Part shown: positions 10,043-18,779 of the stretch, one piece after another | Layout of the letters: every line of letters starts with the position of its first letter | Position numbering within the stretch: position 1 is the first letter of the stretch | Origin: a virus | Taxonomy: Duplodnaviria; Caudoviricetes | Virus record (IMG/VR): IMGVR_UViG_3300030382_003361 | Coordinates: 1 to 63,560 of that record | DNA length: 63,560 nucleotides | Reading direction: 5' to 3' (one strand) | Program-made: the position numbers and the translations under genes | Notes under the pieces: model-generated | What the model was told of the DNA's origin: nothing | Seen by the model: the letters and a program-made list of their open reading frames with translations, nothing else | Databases searched by the model: none

Positions 10043-10458
10043 AATTCTTCTATATGTGTTAGTAATTCATTTGGCGTACCCTCAAATATCTTTTTATTTT
10101 CATAGTCCATTACTTTTACTTTAATCTGCTCCTTTTCGTTCCCCTCTATTAAGTAAGTGTAATCCTCCCAAACATCTTTGGTATCAGGCGAATACAAATA
10201 TATATTCCCTACCCCATCTTTGAAATGACTTACCAGTTGAGCCGACAAACATCCCATTCCGTTTGCTATTCTTTCTTTTCTATCTACTCCATACCCATTC
10301 ACTATTGTAAAACGAGATAAAAAATTTGCTAACTCCTCTCCGTGTCCTTTTAGGTAGCCATCATATTGGCGATACATACACATTATTTTATCTTTTTTTG
10401 TCTTACCCTTTTTGTCTTTGTAGGTTTCTATAACCTTTGTTAAACTTCTTGTTCCCAT
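10039..10458 (-). CDS. Conserved-type phage hypothetical protein
   Basis: MGTRS...YRQYDGY..GHG pattern. Confidence 0.75.
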   Translation of the reverse strand: MGTRSLTKVIETYKDKKGKTKKDKIMCMYRQYDGYLKGHGEELANFLSRFTIVNGYGVDRKERIANGMGCLSAQLVSHFKDGVGNIYLYSPDTKDVWEDYTYLIEGNEKEQIKVKVMDYENKKIFEGTPNELLTHIEEL

Positions 10459-10477
10459 AGTTTCTATTTTTTAGTTA

Positions 10478-10828
10478 TTAAATTTTATGTTCTCCAAACT
10501 TATCATCTTGTGCTTCCATATCTGCTAAAAATTCTGCCTTTGTAGATGTTTTTACATCATCATAACACTCCTCAAAATCAAATTCAAGTTTATGTTCTCC
10601 ATTTACCAAAGTATAAGGTATATCGTATGTATCAACAATCATTCTTTGTAATCCCCCCAAATGATATTCAAATCTTCTCAATAATTCATCATCTTCAAAG
10701 AATAATTTTCCATTTTCAGAAACAAATCCTTTTTTAATATACTTATCAAAAATCCTACACACATCATCATCAATTTCCTCAATTATTTCCTCTATACCTA
10801 CTTCTTTATATTTTTCGTTTAATTTCAT
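10478..10828 (-). CDS. Hypothetical acidic protein
   Basis: Packed ORF. Confidence 0.65.
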   Translation of the reverse strand: MKLNEKYKEVGIEEIIEEIDDDVCRIFDKYIKKGFVSENGKLFFEDDELLRRFEYHLGGLQRMIVDTYDIPYTLVNGEHKLEFDFEECYDDVKTSTKAEFLADMEAQDDKFGEHKI

Positions 10829-11159
10829 TTTAGTTAATTTTAGTTAATTTATTTTCCTATTCTGATTGCTATAAAAGGTAGTAGAATTATTATTTCCCAT
10901 TTTTGTAGTATTATTCCTACTCCTATTAAAGTTTTATCAATTTCCCAACTGATCATTTTATCATTTTTATTAAAAGGTTAGTATATGTTCTGTTGTCTTT
11001 CCAGTTTTCTTTACTTTTATATTGGCTTAATATCTTATTAAGCAATTTTTGTTCTTCTTTATTGAGTAAGTTTTTCATTTATACAATTTTTGTAATAGTT
11101 AATAATGTGCAATAATAGTGTATAATTTTATTACAACCTAATTTTTTTTTACTTTTTTT

Positions 11160-11396
11160 TCAAAAACTTTTTATGTGCGATAGCAAATGATATAATGCTA
11201 TTGCGATTCCAGTTAGAAAAGTAGTAGCAAATATCCCAAAAATCACACCCTCTCTTAATAATTGAGGTAGTTTTTTCTTAAATTTTACCCAATTTTCTTG
11301 ATCTTCATCAGTCCAATCTAACTCATTTACAATTTTATCTGACTTTTCTTTGTCTGACAATTTACTCCATTTGTTTAATTTTTCTACTCTTTTCAT
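11160..11396 (-). CDS. Small membrane-anchored protein
   Basis: C-terminal hydrophobic helix. Confidence 0.65.
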   Translation of the reverse strand: MKRVEKLNKWSKLSDKEKSDKIVNELDWTDEDQENWVKFKKKLPQLLREGVIFGIFATTFLTGIAIALYHLLSHIKSF

Positions 11397-11397
11397 T

Positions 11398-11622
11398 TTA
11401 TTTAGGTTTAGTTATTAAATAGTTTTCTAATATCCCCCTACTCATAGTATCAAATCCCTTAAATGCCACTTTTCCATTATCATAATCCTCATAGTATTCA
11501 TCTAAATCATAAGGGAAATCTTCTTTTTCTGAACATCCACAACAAAATCCTAATTCATTTCCACTTATTCCTGCTACAAAATCTTGTTCGCACATTATAC
11601 ATATATCTTTTAATTCTTTCAT
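11398..11622 (-). CDS. Small Cys-containing hypothetical protein
   Basis: CIMC...CCGC. Confidence 0.6.
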   Translation of the reverse strand: MKELKDICIMCEQDFVAGISGNELGFCCGCSEKEDFPYDLDEYYEDYDNGKVAFKGFDTMSRGILENYLITKPK

Positions 11623-11624
11623 AG

Positions 11625-12089
11625 TTATTTAATTTTAATGTTATAGTGTTCTCCCATTGGGCTATCGTGGTGGCTTATTCTTACTTCATACTCATTCTCT
11701 TTTATCTTTTCTATGTAGTATGTTAAGTCGCATTCAGGGGTTATCTCTCTAAATATATCTTCTCCTTTTGTTAATTCAAACTCTTTATATCCAGCTCGAT
11801 TTCTCCATCCCATATTTCTCCCCTCAACATATATTGTCTTGCCTATATATTGTCTAAATTCTTCTTCTAAATCATCTCTAAAATACTCAAAATGATAATC
11901 CCCTATATAGTAGTCGTTTTCAAAATACTCTTCTATCTCCTTATCTGTTACGCTTTCAGACTCTCTTTCTTCATCACATAGTTTGCTTACTAAAAATTCT
12001 TGTTTATCTCTTTTGAAAAAATCTATTTCGTTTTGCATAAAAGCAGAAACATCATAAAAAGTTTCCCATACATAAGTTTTTGTTTTCAT
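11625..12089 (-). CDS. Hypothetical protein
   Basis: MGWRNRAG, SHHDSPMG motifs; packed ORF. Confidence 0.7.
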   Translation of the reverse strand: MKTKTYVWETFYDVSAFMQNEIDFFKRDKQEFLVSKLCDEERESESVTDKEIEEYFENDYYIGDYHFEYFRDDLEEEFRQYIGKTIYVEGRNMGWRNRAGYKEFELTKGEDIFREITPECDLTYYIEKIKENEYEVRISHHDSPMGEHYNIKIK

Positions 12090-12090
12090 T

Positions 12091-12423
12091 TTATTTAGTT
12101 TTAAGGATTCTTTCTAATTGCTCCACTACAATATCTAACATTTCGCCATCACTTAAATAATGCCCATTGGTTTCATCTTGCGAATGAATTGGATCTTTAA
12201 TCATTTTGGTTAAATTTTTAATTTCTGTTTCCATAGGTTTATTTAGTTTTAGTTTTGGTAAAACATTAGAAAGAATCAAATTATTATATTTTATCATATC
12301 TGTATTGAAATTGTCTAAATTACTTATCCCCCACTTCATTGCTTGGGTATAATTAGAAAAGTATTTTCTATCTGTCGTAAAATTCTTGTCTTTGTTAAGG
12401 TAGTCGATATAATGCTTTTTCAT
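12091..12423 (-). CDS. Hypothetical protein, probably a fusion of two small genes (internal start 12234)
   Basis: Leader motif AACTAAAACTAAATAAA precedes the internal in-frame ATG. Confidence 0.6.
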   Translation of the reverse strand: MKKHYIDYLNKDKNFTTDRKYFSNYTQAMKWGISNLDNFNTDMIKYNNLILSNVLPKLKLNKPMETEIKNLTKMIKDPIHSQDETNGHYLSDGEMLDIVVEQLERILKTK

Positions 12424-12424
12424 T

Positions 12425-12622
12425 TTATTTAGTTTTATTGAGGTTTATTACTCTGTTTCTTTCTATCCACAAACTATCTGTTTTATAGTCGTACTCATTC
12501 CATAGTTTGCTCATCTCTTTATCTATCTTAATTAACTCCTGTTGTTGTTCTGTTGTTAATTTACTCATTCCACAAGAGGAAAAAATGAGTAGGGCTACGA
12601 TTAAAATTGTTTGTGTTTTCAT
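12425..12622 (-). CDS. Small lipoprotein
   Basis: Signal peptide with lipobox FSSC. Confidence 0.7.
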   Translation of the reverse strand: MKTQTILIVALLIFSSCGMSKLTTEQQQELIKIDKEMSKLWNEYDYKTDSLWIERNRVINLNKTK

Positions 12623-12648
12623 TAGTTATTTGTTTTTAGTTATTTAAT

Positions 12649-12951
12649 TTATCTGTATTTTATGTTTGCAATTACACTTGTTCCACTATTTATCATATCA
12701 AATACCTCGTTCCAGTTCATCTTATCCATTTCCCACTCTATATCATCTTTTCTCCATTCTATTTGAAAGTTAGAGTAAGCAAAAGGAGAAGTGTTTATTC
12801 GATAATCTCCATTCCCATCTTTTTTAACTATCCATCTGTATTTATTATCACACATTACAGATACTAAATCTATTTTAATTTCTCTTGGTTTCCCCTCGAT
12901 TTTTAATATCGGTGGGTTGTCTTTTAATTCTCTATACATTTGTTTTCTCAT
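12649..12951 (-). CDS. Hypothetical protein
   Basis: Packed ORF. Confidence 0.65.
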   Translation of the reverse strand: MRKQMYRELKDNPPILKIEGKPREIKIDLVSVMCDNKYRWIVKKDGNGDYRINTSPFAYSNFQIEWRKDDIEWEMDKMNWNEVFDMINSGTSVIANIKYR

Positions 12952-12988
12952 TTTTATTTATTTTTAAGGTTATTAAATTTGTATTTTA

Positions 12989-13348
12989 TTACTCATCAAA
13001 AAATTCTTCTATTACGCTTTGTTGTCCGTAAAATTCCTCTCTGGCGTTTTGAGTTGCTAATAAAGACGCTAATAGTTCGCTATTTATATGTTTTGGCTCA
13101 TATCCATACTCTTGGGCTATCTCCATACTTTCGCACAAACTACAATCGTTTTCTTTAAGATATTCTATTGCTCTTGCATAATATATGATTTCAATATCAA
13201 AGGCGTTATGATCACTTAATTCCCCTTCTAACTCATCATAGGAATTTATATCTTCTAATTCACAAGAGTATAAGGAGTCGATAATATCAAATTCTAATTC
13301 TTTTGATAGTTGCTCAAAAAACTTTTCTTTTTGCTTAATTGTTTTCAT
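12989..13348 (-). CDS. Highly acidic hypothetical protein (possible DNA mimic)
   Basis: Strong Asp/Glu excess, early region. Confidence 0.65.
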   Translation of the reverse strand: MKTIKQKEKFFEQLSKELEFDIIDSLYSCELEDINSYDELEGELSDHNAFDIEIIYYARAIEYLKENDCSLCESMEIAQEYGYEPKHINSELLASLLATQNAREEFYGQQSVIEEFFDE

Positions 13349-13350
13349 AA

Positions 13351-13572
13351 TTATTTAGTTTTAGTTTCTTCTGTTTTTTCTATGTAGGTTATCATATCCA
13401 CTTCATTATTTTCGCTAAACGAATATTCTAAATTGTAATACTCAACTCCATCATCTCCACAATCATTACAAGTGTATTTATACCACACACACTCTCCATC
13501 TATATCCATACTACCATATTCTAAATTCTCTCCCTTACACTTTACACATTTTCCCTCTCCTATATTTTCCAT
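13351..13572 (-). CDS. Zn-ribbon protein
   Basis: CVKC...CNDC. Confidence 0.7.
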   Translation of the reverse strand: MENIGEGKCVKCKGENLEYGSMDIDGECVWYKYTCNDCGDDGVEYYNLEYSFSENNEVDMITYIEKTEETKTK

Positions 13573-13606
13573 AGTTATTTAGTTTTAATTAATCCTATAT
13601 TGTTTT

Positions 13607-14086
13607 TTACTTAAAAACTACACCAATAGATTGCAAATAGTCTTTATTCAAAATTTCTTCGCCTTTTTTAGTTTCTTCATCTACTACCTTCTGAATTGCC
13701 TGTAAGCCATCTTTATATTTTTTTAATAAAGTAGGAATAGAAACCTTATATCCACTAATATCATACCCCCAATCTCTTTTCAATACCACTCCTTTTTTAC
13801 TATCCTTTTCTAATTGTTTTTGATTAATTAATTTATTTACAATACTATCAATACAATAAAAATCTTTCTCTTTTATTTTATCGTATTCCTTTTCTAATTG
13901 TTTCATTAATTCTACATCAAAAGCAGTATATTCATATTCTCCACCATAAGCTCCATCATAAACACTACTAACTAATTTTCCTTTGTAATATAACTCACAA
14001 TTAAATCCTTGCCCATCGTGTCCTTTGTGAAACTTTAATTTTTTAATACTACATTCGTTTGTTAAACTTTGCATTGTTGTTTTCAT
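13607..14086 (-). CDS. Hypothetical protein
   Basis: GFNCELY...DGAYGG; packed ORF. Confidence 0.7.
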   Translation of the reverse strand: MKTTMQSLTNECSIKKLKFHKGHDGQGFNCELYYKGKLVSSVYDGAYGGEYEYTAFDVELMKQLEKEYDKIKEKDFYCIDSIVNKLINQKQLEKDSKKGVVLKRDWGYDISGYKVSIPTLLKKYKDGLQAIQKVVDEETKKGEEILNKDYLQSIGVVFK

Positions 14087-14105
14087 TGTTTTTGTTTTTA
14101 GTTAA

Positions 14106-14396
14106 TTATTCGAGCGTCAAAACTCTTATTGCTTCAGCATTTATTTCGTCAATTTCTTGGCTGACTTCTCTTAAATCTTTTAATGATAAGTTTGGAATGT
14201 TTTGGATTTCATCTTTATTCCACATTTCTTTTATCATATAATTGGTTTGAATTTTGTAAATCAATTGTGATTTTTCATCATATTCTTTTAAGCTGCCTTT
14301 GTCATTAGAGTCCATAAATTCTTTTCCAAACATCAACTCGAAATAATCTTTTTTAGTCATTGCTTGTTTTGTAATTGGGTGTCTGTAAGTTTTCAT
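14106..14396 (-). CDS. Hypothetical protein
   Basis: Packed ORF. Confidence 0.65.
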   Translation of the reverse strand: MKTYRHPITKQAMTKKDYFELMFGKEFMDSNDKGSLKEYDEKSQLIYKIQTNYMIKEMWNKDEIQNIPNLSLKDLREVSQEIDEINAEAIRVLTLE

Positions 14397-14578
14397 TTTG
14401 TTTTAGTTTTAGTTTTAATCATAAATAATTTATGGTTTAACAGGATATTTTCTGCTATTTGTTCATTTAATTCTTGTTCTATTGCTTCTTTTAGTTTGAT
14501 AGTTTCTTTTAAAGCGTTTTGTAACTGAACTCTTGTTGCTGTTTTAATCATTTGTTTTTGACTTTCTAATAATTTCAT
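14393..14578 (-). CDS. Small coiled-coil protein
   Basis: Heptad pattern; ATGA overlap. Confidence 0.6.
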   Translation of the reverse strand: MKLLESQKQMIKTATRVQLQNALKETIKLKEAIEQELNEQIAENILLNHKLFMIKTKTKTK

Positions 14579-14598
14579 TGTTTTAGTTTTTTAGTTAA

Positions 14599-14811
14599 TT
14601 ATTCGCATTCTAACGCTTCTTCGCTATCCTTTATAGCATAATTTATGCTGTCTTCCATTTCGATTATTTGTTTAGACAAGTTCAATATCTGCCTTAATCC
14701 GTCAATTTCGTATGTTTCCATTTCGTATGTTTCGCCACTTCTTATTGCGTCGTAACAATCTTCTAAATCTTTAGCAGTATTTTCAAATCTGCAGTAACTC
14801 ATATTTCCCAT
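14599..14811 (-). CDS. Phage hypothetical protein of MSYCRFENT type (start revised to 14811)
   Basis: ATG at 14811 has the A-rich leader; the track's upstream extension looks non-coding. Confidence 0.7.
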   Translation of the reverse strand: MGNMSYCRFENTAKDLEDCYDAIRSGETYEMETYEIDGLRQILNLSKQIIEMEDSINYAIKDSEEALECE

Positions 14812-15052
14812 AATTTTAGTGTTTTTAGTTATTAAATTTATTTGTTTGTTCCTCTGTAAAGTTTTGCTCTTTCGTGCCGTTCCTAACGGACAGAGGAGGG
14901 TGAAAAACAAGTATTAACCGAAAATATATTTTATTATTCTTTGCATTAAAGTTGTTTTTTGTTGCGTGTAATTACTTTGATAAGGGGGTATTTTATGCCC
15001 TTTTGAATTTACGCAGTAGCTAATTTGGTTGTTTTGATAATGTTTCATAGTT

Positions 15053-15322
15053 TTATTTATTAAGGTTTTTAAGTATATATTCTTTGCTGTCTATCTTCTT
15101 TTGCGTTTCTGCCTTTGTTTCTCCTAAAAATTGGTTTCTGTATTTTCCTGTTGTAACTGAATAATCCCAATAATAACTATCTAAATAGGTTTTTCCTGTC
15201 TTGTAGTTTTTTATAGCGATTACACTTCTATAACTTTGAAATGTTTCTTTGTCCTTTTCGCTAATCAAAAATTGGTTTGCGATTGGGTTTCCGTTGTTGC
15301 TTCTAAAATTTGCTACTTTCAT
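15053..15322 (-). CDS. First gene of leftward early arm, phage hypothetical
   Basis: FQSY.SVIA, WDYSVTTGKY motifs. Confidence 0.75.
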   Translation of the reverse strand: MKVANFRSNNGNPIANQFLISEKDKETFQSYRSVIAIKNYKTGKTYLDSYYWDYSVTTGKYRNQFLGETKAETQKKIDSKEYILKNLNK

Positions 15323-15654
15323 AATGTTTGTATTTGTGGTTAATAATTGTTTGCAATATGAGTATAAAATGTTTATTAAACAAATAAATACAGGTTTATT
15401 TTCAAATAAATTTCATATTTGTTGTAAGTTGCTCAATTTCAGGCGTTTAGATGGGTAAAAATATGGTGTTTTGTTTGTGGTTTGGGGTGTTCGTGGGGTT
15501 ATTAAGGGGGATTTCTCCCCCTATTACCTTTTTATTTCGTCGAATTGGGGGAAGGTTTAACGCTTTTTTGCTGTTCATTTGGGGGAATGTTTGAACGATT
15601 GAACAAGACAACAAGCAAAGATCCTGAAAAGAGCAAGACAACACAAAGGATTTA

Positions 15655-15870
15655 TTTTGTTGCGTGTGTGTGTGTTGGTTGGCTGGTTGTTGGCTGGTTG
15701 TTGGTTGGCTGGTTGTTGGCTGGTTGTTGGTTGGTTGGTTGTTCTGTTTGGTTGTGCGTGGGCGTGGGCGTGTAGCTTATGAGCCGAGCAAGTAAGCCGA
15801 GCCGAGCCGAGCAAAGCAAGACAAGACAAGCCGAGCCAGTAAGCCGAGCCACCACCCCACCACCCCCACA
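15655..15870. repeat. Bipartite microsatellite block at strand switch
   Basis: 119-nt A-free G/T tract with a 26-nt tandem duplication, then six GCCGAG copies and C-rich runs. Confidence 0.9.
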
Positions 15871-16007
15871 GAGAAAAAGGTAAAACAATCCCCAAAAAAA
15901 TTTTGAAAACATCACCCCCCTTAACAAAAAAAAGTCGTTTCCCTTTGGAGTCCCCGTTCGTATAATGGGGGGGAACCCTCAACCTCAATATATCTAAAAA
16001 AAATTAT

Positions 16008-16015
16008 TATCTTTG
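16008..16015 (+). promoter_or_regulatory. -7 box TATCTTTG, first rightward promoter
   Basis: Matches TAnnTTTG; upstream of 16033. Confidence 0.7.
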
Positions 16016-16032
16016 TAAAAAATTAAAACGTC

Positions 16033-16245
16033 ATGGCAAAGAAAACAAGTACAACCTCAGATTATGTAAACGGTCTTTATGTAAAAGACGGTAGACTAAT
16101 AAACGATAGATTCCCCTCAGAAAGTGGAATAGCAAAAGCAGCGCGTATTAAGCGAGCTGTAAAAAACGATAGAAAAATCAACCAGATTGCTGAAGGTATT
16201 GAACTGGCTGAAGATAAAAAGAACTGGCGAGAGTTAGAGTTCTAA
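16033..16245 (+). CDS. Small hypothetical protein
   Basis: Own promoter and terminator. Confidence 0.75.
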   Translation: MAKKTSTTSDYVNGLYVKDGRLINDRFPSESGIAKAARIKRAVKNDRKINQIAEGIELAEDKKNWRELEF

Positions 16246-16284
16246 AGATTTCCCATTTGTTCTGTTTTGATTAGTTGTTAAAAG

Positions 16285-16316
16285 GAGTCCTTAATATATA
16301 AAGGGCTCTTTTTTTT
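16285..16316 (+). terminator. Intrinsic terminator
   Basis: GAGTCCTT/AAGGGCTC stem plus T run. Confidence 0.7.
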
Positions 16317-16344
16317 ATTCTATATTTATATTTATACCTATTAT

Positions 16345-16524
16345 TGACACTTTAGTGTCGATTTAGTGTCGATATTAAAAATACTAATATATTAATAATC
16401 AATAAGTTATAAAGATTAGTGTCGAAGTGTCGATTTGAAGTCCAAATTTTTATAAAAAATATTTTACGCTATATAGAATATATATAAAGAGTAAAATAGA
16501 AACACTTTCTTGACACCCTGACAC
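16345..16524. repeat. Iteron-like locus B, same architecture as locus A
   Basis: AGTGTCGA-containing copies at 16353, 16364, 16417, 16426; TGACAC at 16345, 16511, 16519. Confidence 0.75.
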
Positions 16525-16545
16525 AAAAGCATATTAATTTTTTAG

Positions 16546-16553
16546 TATCTTTG
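16546..16553 (+). promoter_or_regulatory. -7 box upstream of groEL
   Basis: TATCTTTG. Confidence 0.7.
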
Positions 16554-16581
16554 CCGATATTAATTTAATTAAATTCACGAT

Positions 16582-18249
16582 ATGAGCACACAGGGATACA
16601 TTCCAAAAGACCTTGCGTTTGATAATGAAGCAAGGGAAAAACTAATTAGCGGAATCGCCGCTATTTCTAAAGCCGTTAAGAGTACTCTCGGCCCTCGCGG
16701 GCAAACGGTATTGATAGAATCCGAAAACCATACGCACGGCCTAACTGTAACTAAAGACGGGGTAACCGTTGCTAAGTCTATATTTCTTTCTGACCCTATA
16801 GAGAATTTGGCGGTTAGTATGATGAAGCAGGCGGCTGACAAAACAGCTAATGTCGCAGGAGACGGAACAACTACAGCTATTGTCCTGACAGAAGCTTTAG
16901 TGCAGGCGGGACTTAAATGGATAAAGCCAGAACACAATACCACCGAGATTATTAAGGTGATTAAAAGTGAAACAGAGAACCTTATAAAGTATTTAGATGG
17001 ATTAGCAAAAGAAGTAGATGAAGACAAATTATTACATGTAGCTACTATTTCTGCCAACAATGATAACGAGTTAGGTAAGATTATCGCTGACGCTTACAAT
17101 AAAGTAGGAAAAGACGGAGTAGTAACAGTCGAGAAATCTAAAACTGAAAAGACTTATGCGGAGGTTACTAATGGTATAAAGGTAAACCGCGGATACTCAT
17201 CTCCTTTATTTATTACTGATCAGCGAAAAGATGAATGTGTTTTAGAAGATGTAAAAATATTAGTATGCGACCAAGAGATCAATAACATTTTACAAATTGA
17301 AAAAGTGCTGAAGCCTATTATTAATGGAGGAGACAAACTCCTTATTATAGGAGAGTGTTCGGGTAATGTGATAAACACCTTAGCGGCCAATGTCATGAGA
17401 AACGGATTAAAGCTTTGTAATATCCCTGTCCCATCTTTTGGCTATCGTACCCATGAGCTCATGCAAGATATTGCTCTGGCTGTAGGTGCTAAATACTTTT
17501 CAGAAAAGACAGGCGATGACTTGTCTTTAATTACCGAAGCCGATTTAGGACATGCTAATAAAATAAGAGTAAATAAAGACTCTACCGTTATCTTAAGAGA
17601 GGAAGAAATAAGTTCTGAGATCATTAAGCGCGTAGAAGAATTAAGAGAACAACAAGATCTTTTAACTGAACCAGGGGAAAAAGAGTTTGTAAATGAAAGA
17701 ATAGCCAGTTTAGCTGGAGGAATAGGATGTATATACGTAGGAGGCAATTCTGATATTGAGCAAAAAGAAAAATTTGACCGAGTCGATGACTCGGTATGCG
17801 CTGTGCGCAGTGCCCTACAAGAGGGCATTATTCCAGGAGGAGGATTAGCTTTATATGATATAGGAAAAAAATTAACTTGTGATTGTAATGACAAGAGCAG
17901 AAAAGAAGATGGAAAACCTATAAATCTCTTTGATATAGGCAGAGAGATATTAGGAGAGGCTATTCAATCTCCCTTAAAGCAAATCCTTATTAATGCAGGA
18001 AAAGACCCGGACGAGATTATGGATGTTATCTACAAAGATTTAAAAGTAGAAGAAATGAGAGACGAGGATCAAAACACTAAAGGTTATAATGTAGTGACCG
18101 AACAATTCGGTGATATGTATGAGGCGGGAATTATTGATCCATTAAAAGTAACCAAACAAGCGTTATCCAATGCTATTAGTGTAGCTACAACCATACTCAC
18201 AACAAACGCTATAGTTACGCATGCTCGGGCAGGGACTGATGGGGAGTAA
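16582..18249 (+). CDS. groEL: Phage chaperonin GroEL (Cpn60)
   Basis: TLGPRG, TKDGVTVA, AGDGTTTA, GIIPGGG, GIIDP. Confidence 0.97.
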   Translation: MSTQGYIPKDLAFDNEAREKLISGIAAISKAVKSTLGPRGQTVLIESENHTHGLTVTKDGVTVAKSIFLSDPIENLAVSMMKQAADKTANVAGDGTTTAIVLTEALVQAGLKWIKPEHNTTEIIKVIKSETENLIKYLDGLAKEVDEDKLLHVATISANNDNELGKIIADAYNKVGKDGVVTVEKSKTEKTYAEVTNGIKVNRGYSSPLFITDQRKDECVLEDVKILVCDQEINNILQIEKVLKPIINGGDKLLIIGECSGNVINTLAANVMRNGLKLCNIPVPSFGYRTHELMQDIALAVGAKYFSEKTGDDLSLITEADLGHANKIRVNKDSTVILREEEISSEIIKRVEELREQQDLLTEPGEKEFVNERIASLAGGIGCIYVGGNSDIEQKEKFDRVDDSVCAVRSALQEGIIPGGGLALYDIGKKLTCDCNDKSRKEDGKPINLFDIGREILGEAIQSPLKQILINAGKDPDEIMDVIYKDLKVEEMRDEDQNTKGYNVVTEQFGDMYEAGIIDPLKVTKQALSNAISVATTILTTNAIVTHARAGTDGE

Positions 18250-18538
18250 GTATTATAAAGGGGAGTGGGTAGTTAGCTATCTTAATGTGACGGAGATAAA
18301 AGGGGATTTTGATGAGTTCTCTTTACAGAACTTAATTCGTCAAGATAGAGGGTATGATTGGGCAAGACTATTGTGTGATATAGACCAAGAAGGATTAAAA
18401 GAGTTAATTGAGGTAGAAAAAAGAGGAGTAGATTATAGAGTGATACAAGGAAATCATAGATTAAAAGTATTACAATACTTATATCCGTCTAATAATATAT
18501 TAAGATTTAAATTAAAAAGATATGAAACCAATAAATAA
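18221..18538 (+). CDS. ParB/sulfiredoxin-N-like small protein (start may be 18239)
   Basis: YRVIQGNHRL motif. Confidence 0.55.
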   Translation: MLGQGLMGSKYYKGEWVVSYLNVTEIKGDFDEFSLQNLIRQDRGYDWARLLCDIDQEGLKELIEVEKRGVDYRVIQGNHRLKVLQYLYPSNNILRFKLKRYETNK

Positions 18539-18779
18539 ATACATTATCATTAAAATGATTGAAGAGGAATTAAAAACAGAATCAGGCTTATTACTGTCTG
18601 CTCACGATGCTTCATCGTTTCGTTATAAAAAAGGAGAGGTTATAAAAGCCGGAACACATGTAGAGGTAATAAAAGAAGGGGATATTATCTTTTATGATAA
18701 GTCTGCCGGACACAGGATGTTAATAGAAGATAATCCTTATACTATTATCTCTGAGCGAGATGTCGTTGTTGTCTTATAA
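18522..18779 (+). CDS. groES: Co-chaperonin GroES (Cpn10)
   Basis: MKPINKYII, KTESGLLL mobile loop, IISERDV. Confidence 0.9.
   Translation: MKPINKYIIIKMIEEELKTESGLLLSAHDASSFRYKKGEVIKAGTHVEVIKEGDIIFYDKSAGHRMLIEDNPYTIISERDVVVVL

Noticed and set aside
10829-11159. Possible tiny ORFs or a promoter in this gap
   Set aside because: Only short AT-rich frames and an imperfect -7 box; not supportable
15505-15522. AGGGGG/CCCCCT hairpin as a terminator
   Set aside because: No adjacent gene end and no immediate U tract
15447-15988. Track ORFs across the microsatellite (15447-15644, 15545-15775, 15575-15988, 15652-15927)
   Set aside because: Low-complexity translations; stops are absent because of base skew
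16575-17894. Antisense ORFs in groEL
   Set aside because: Typical antisense shadows of chaperonin genes
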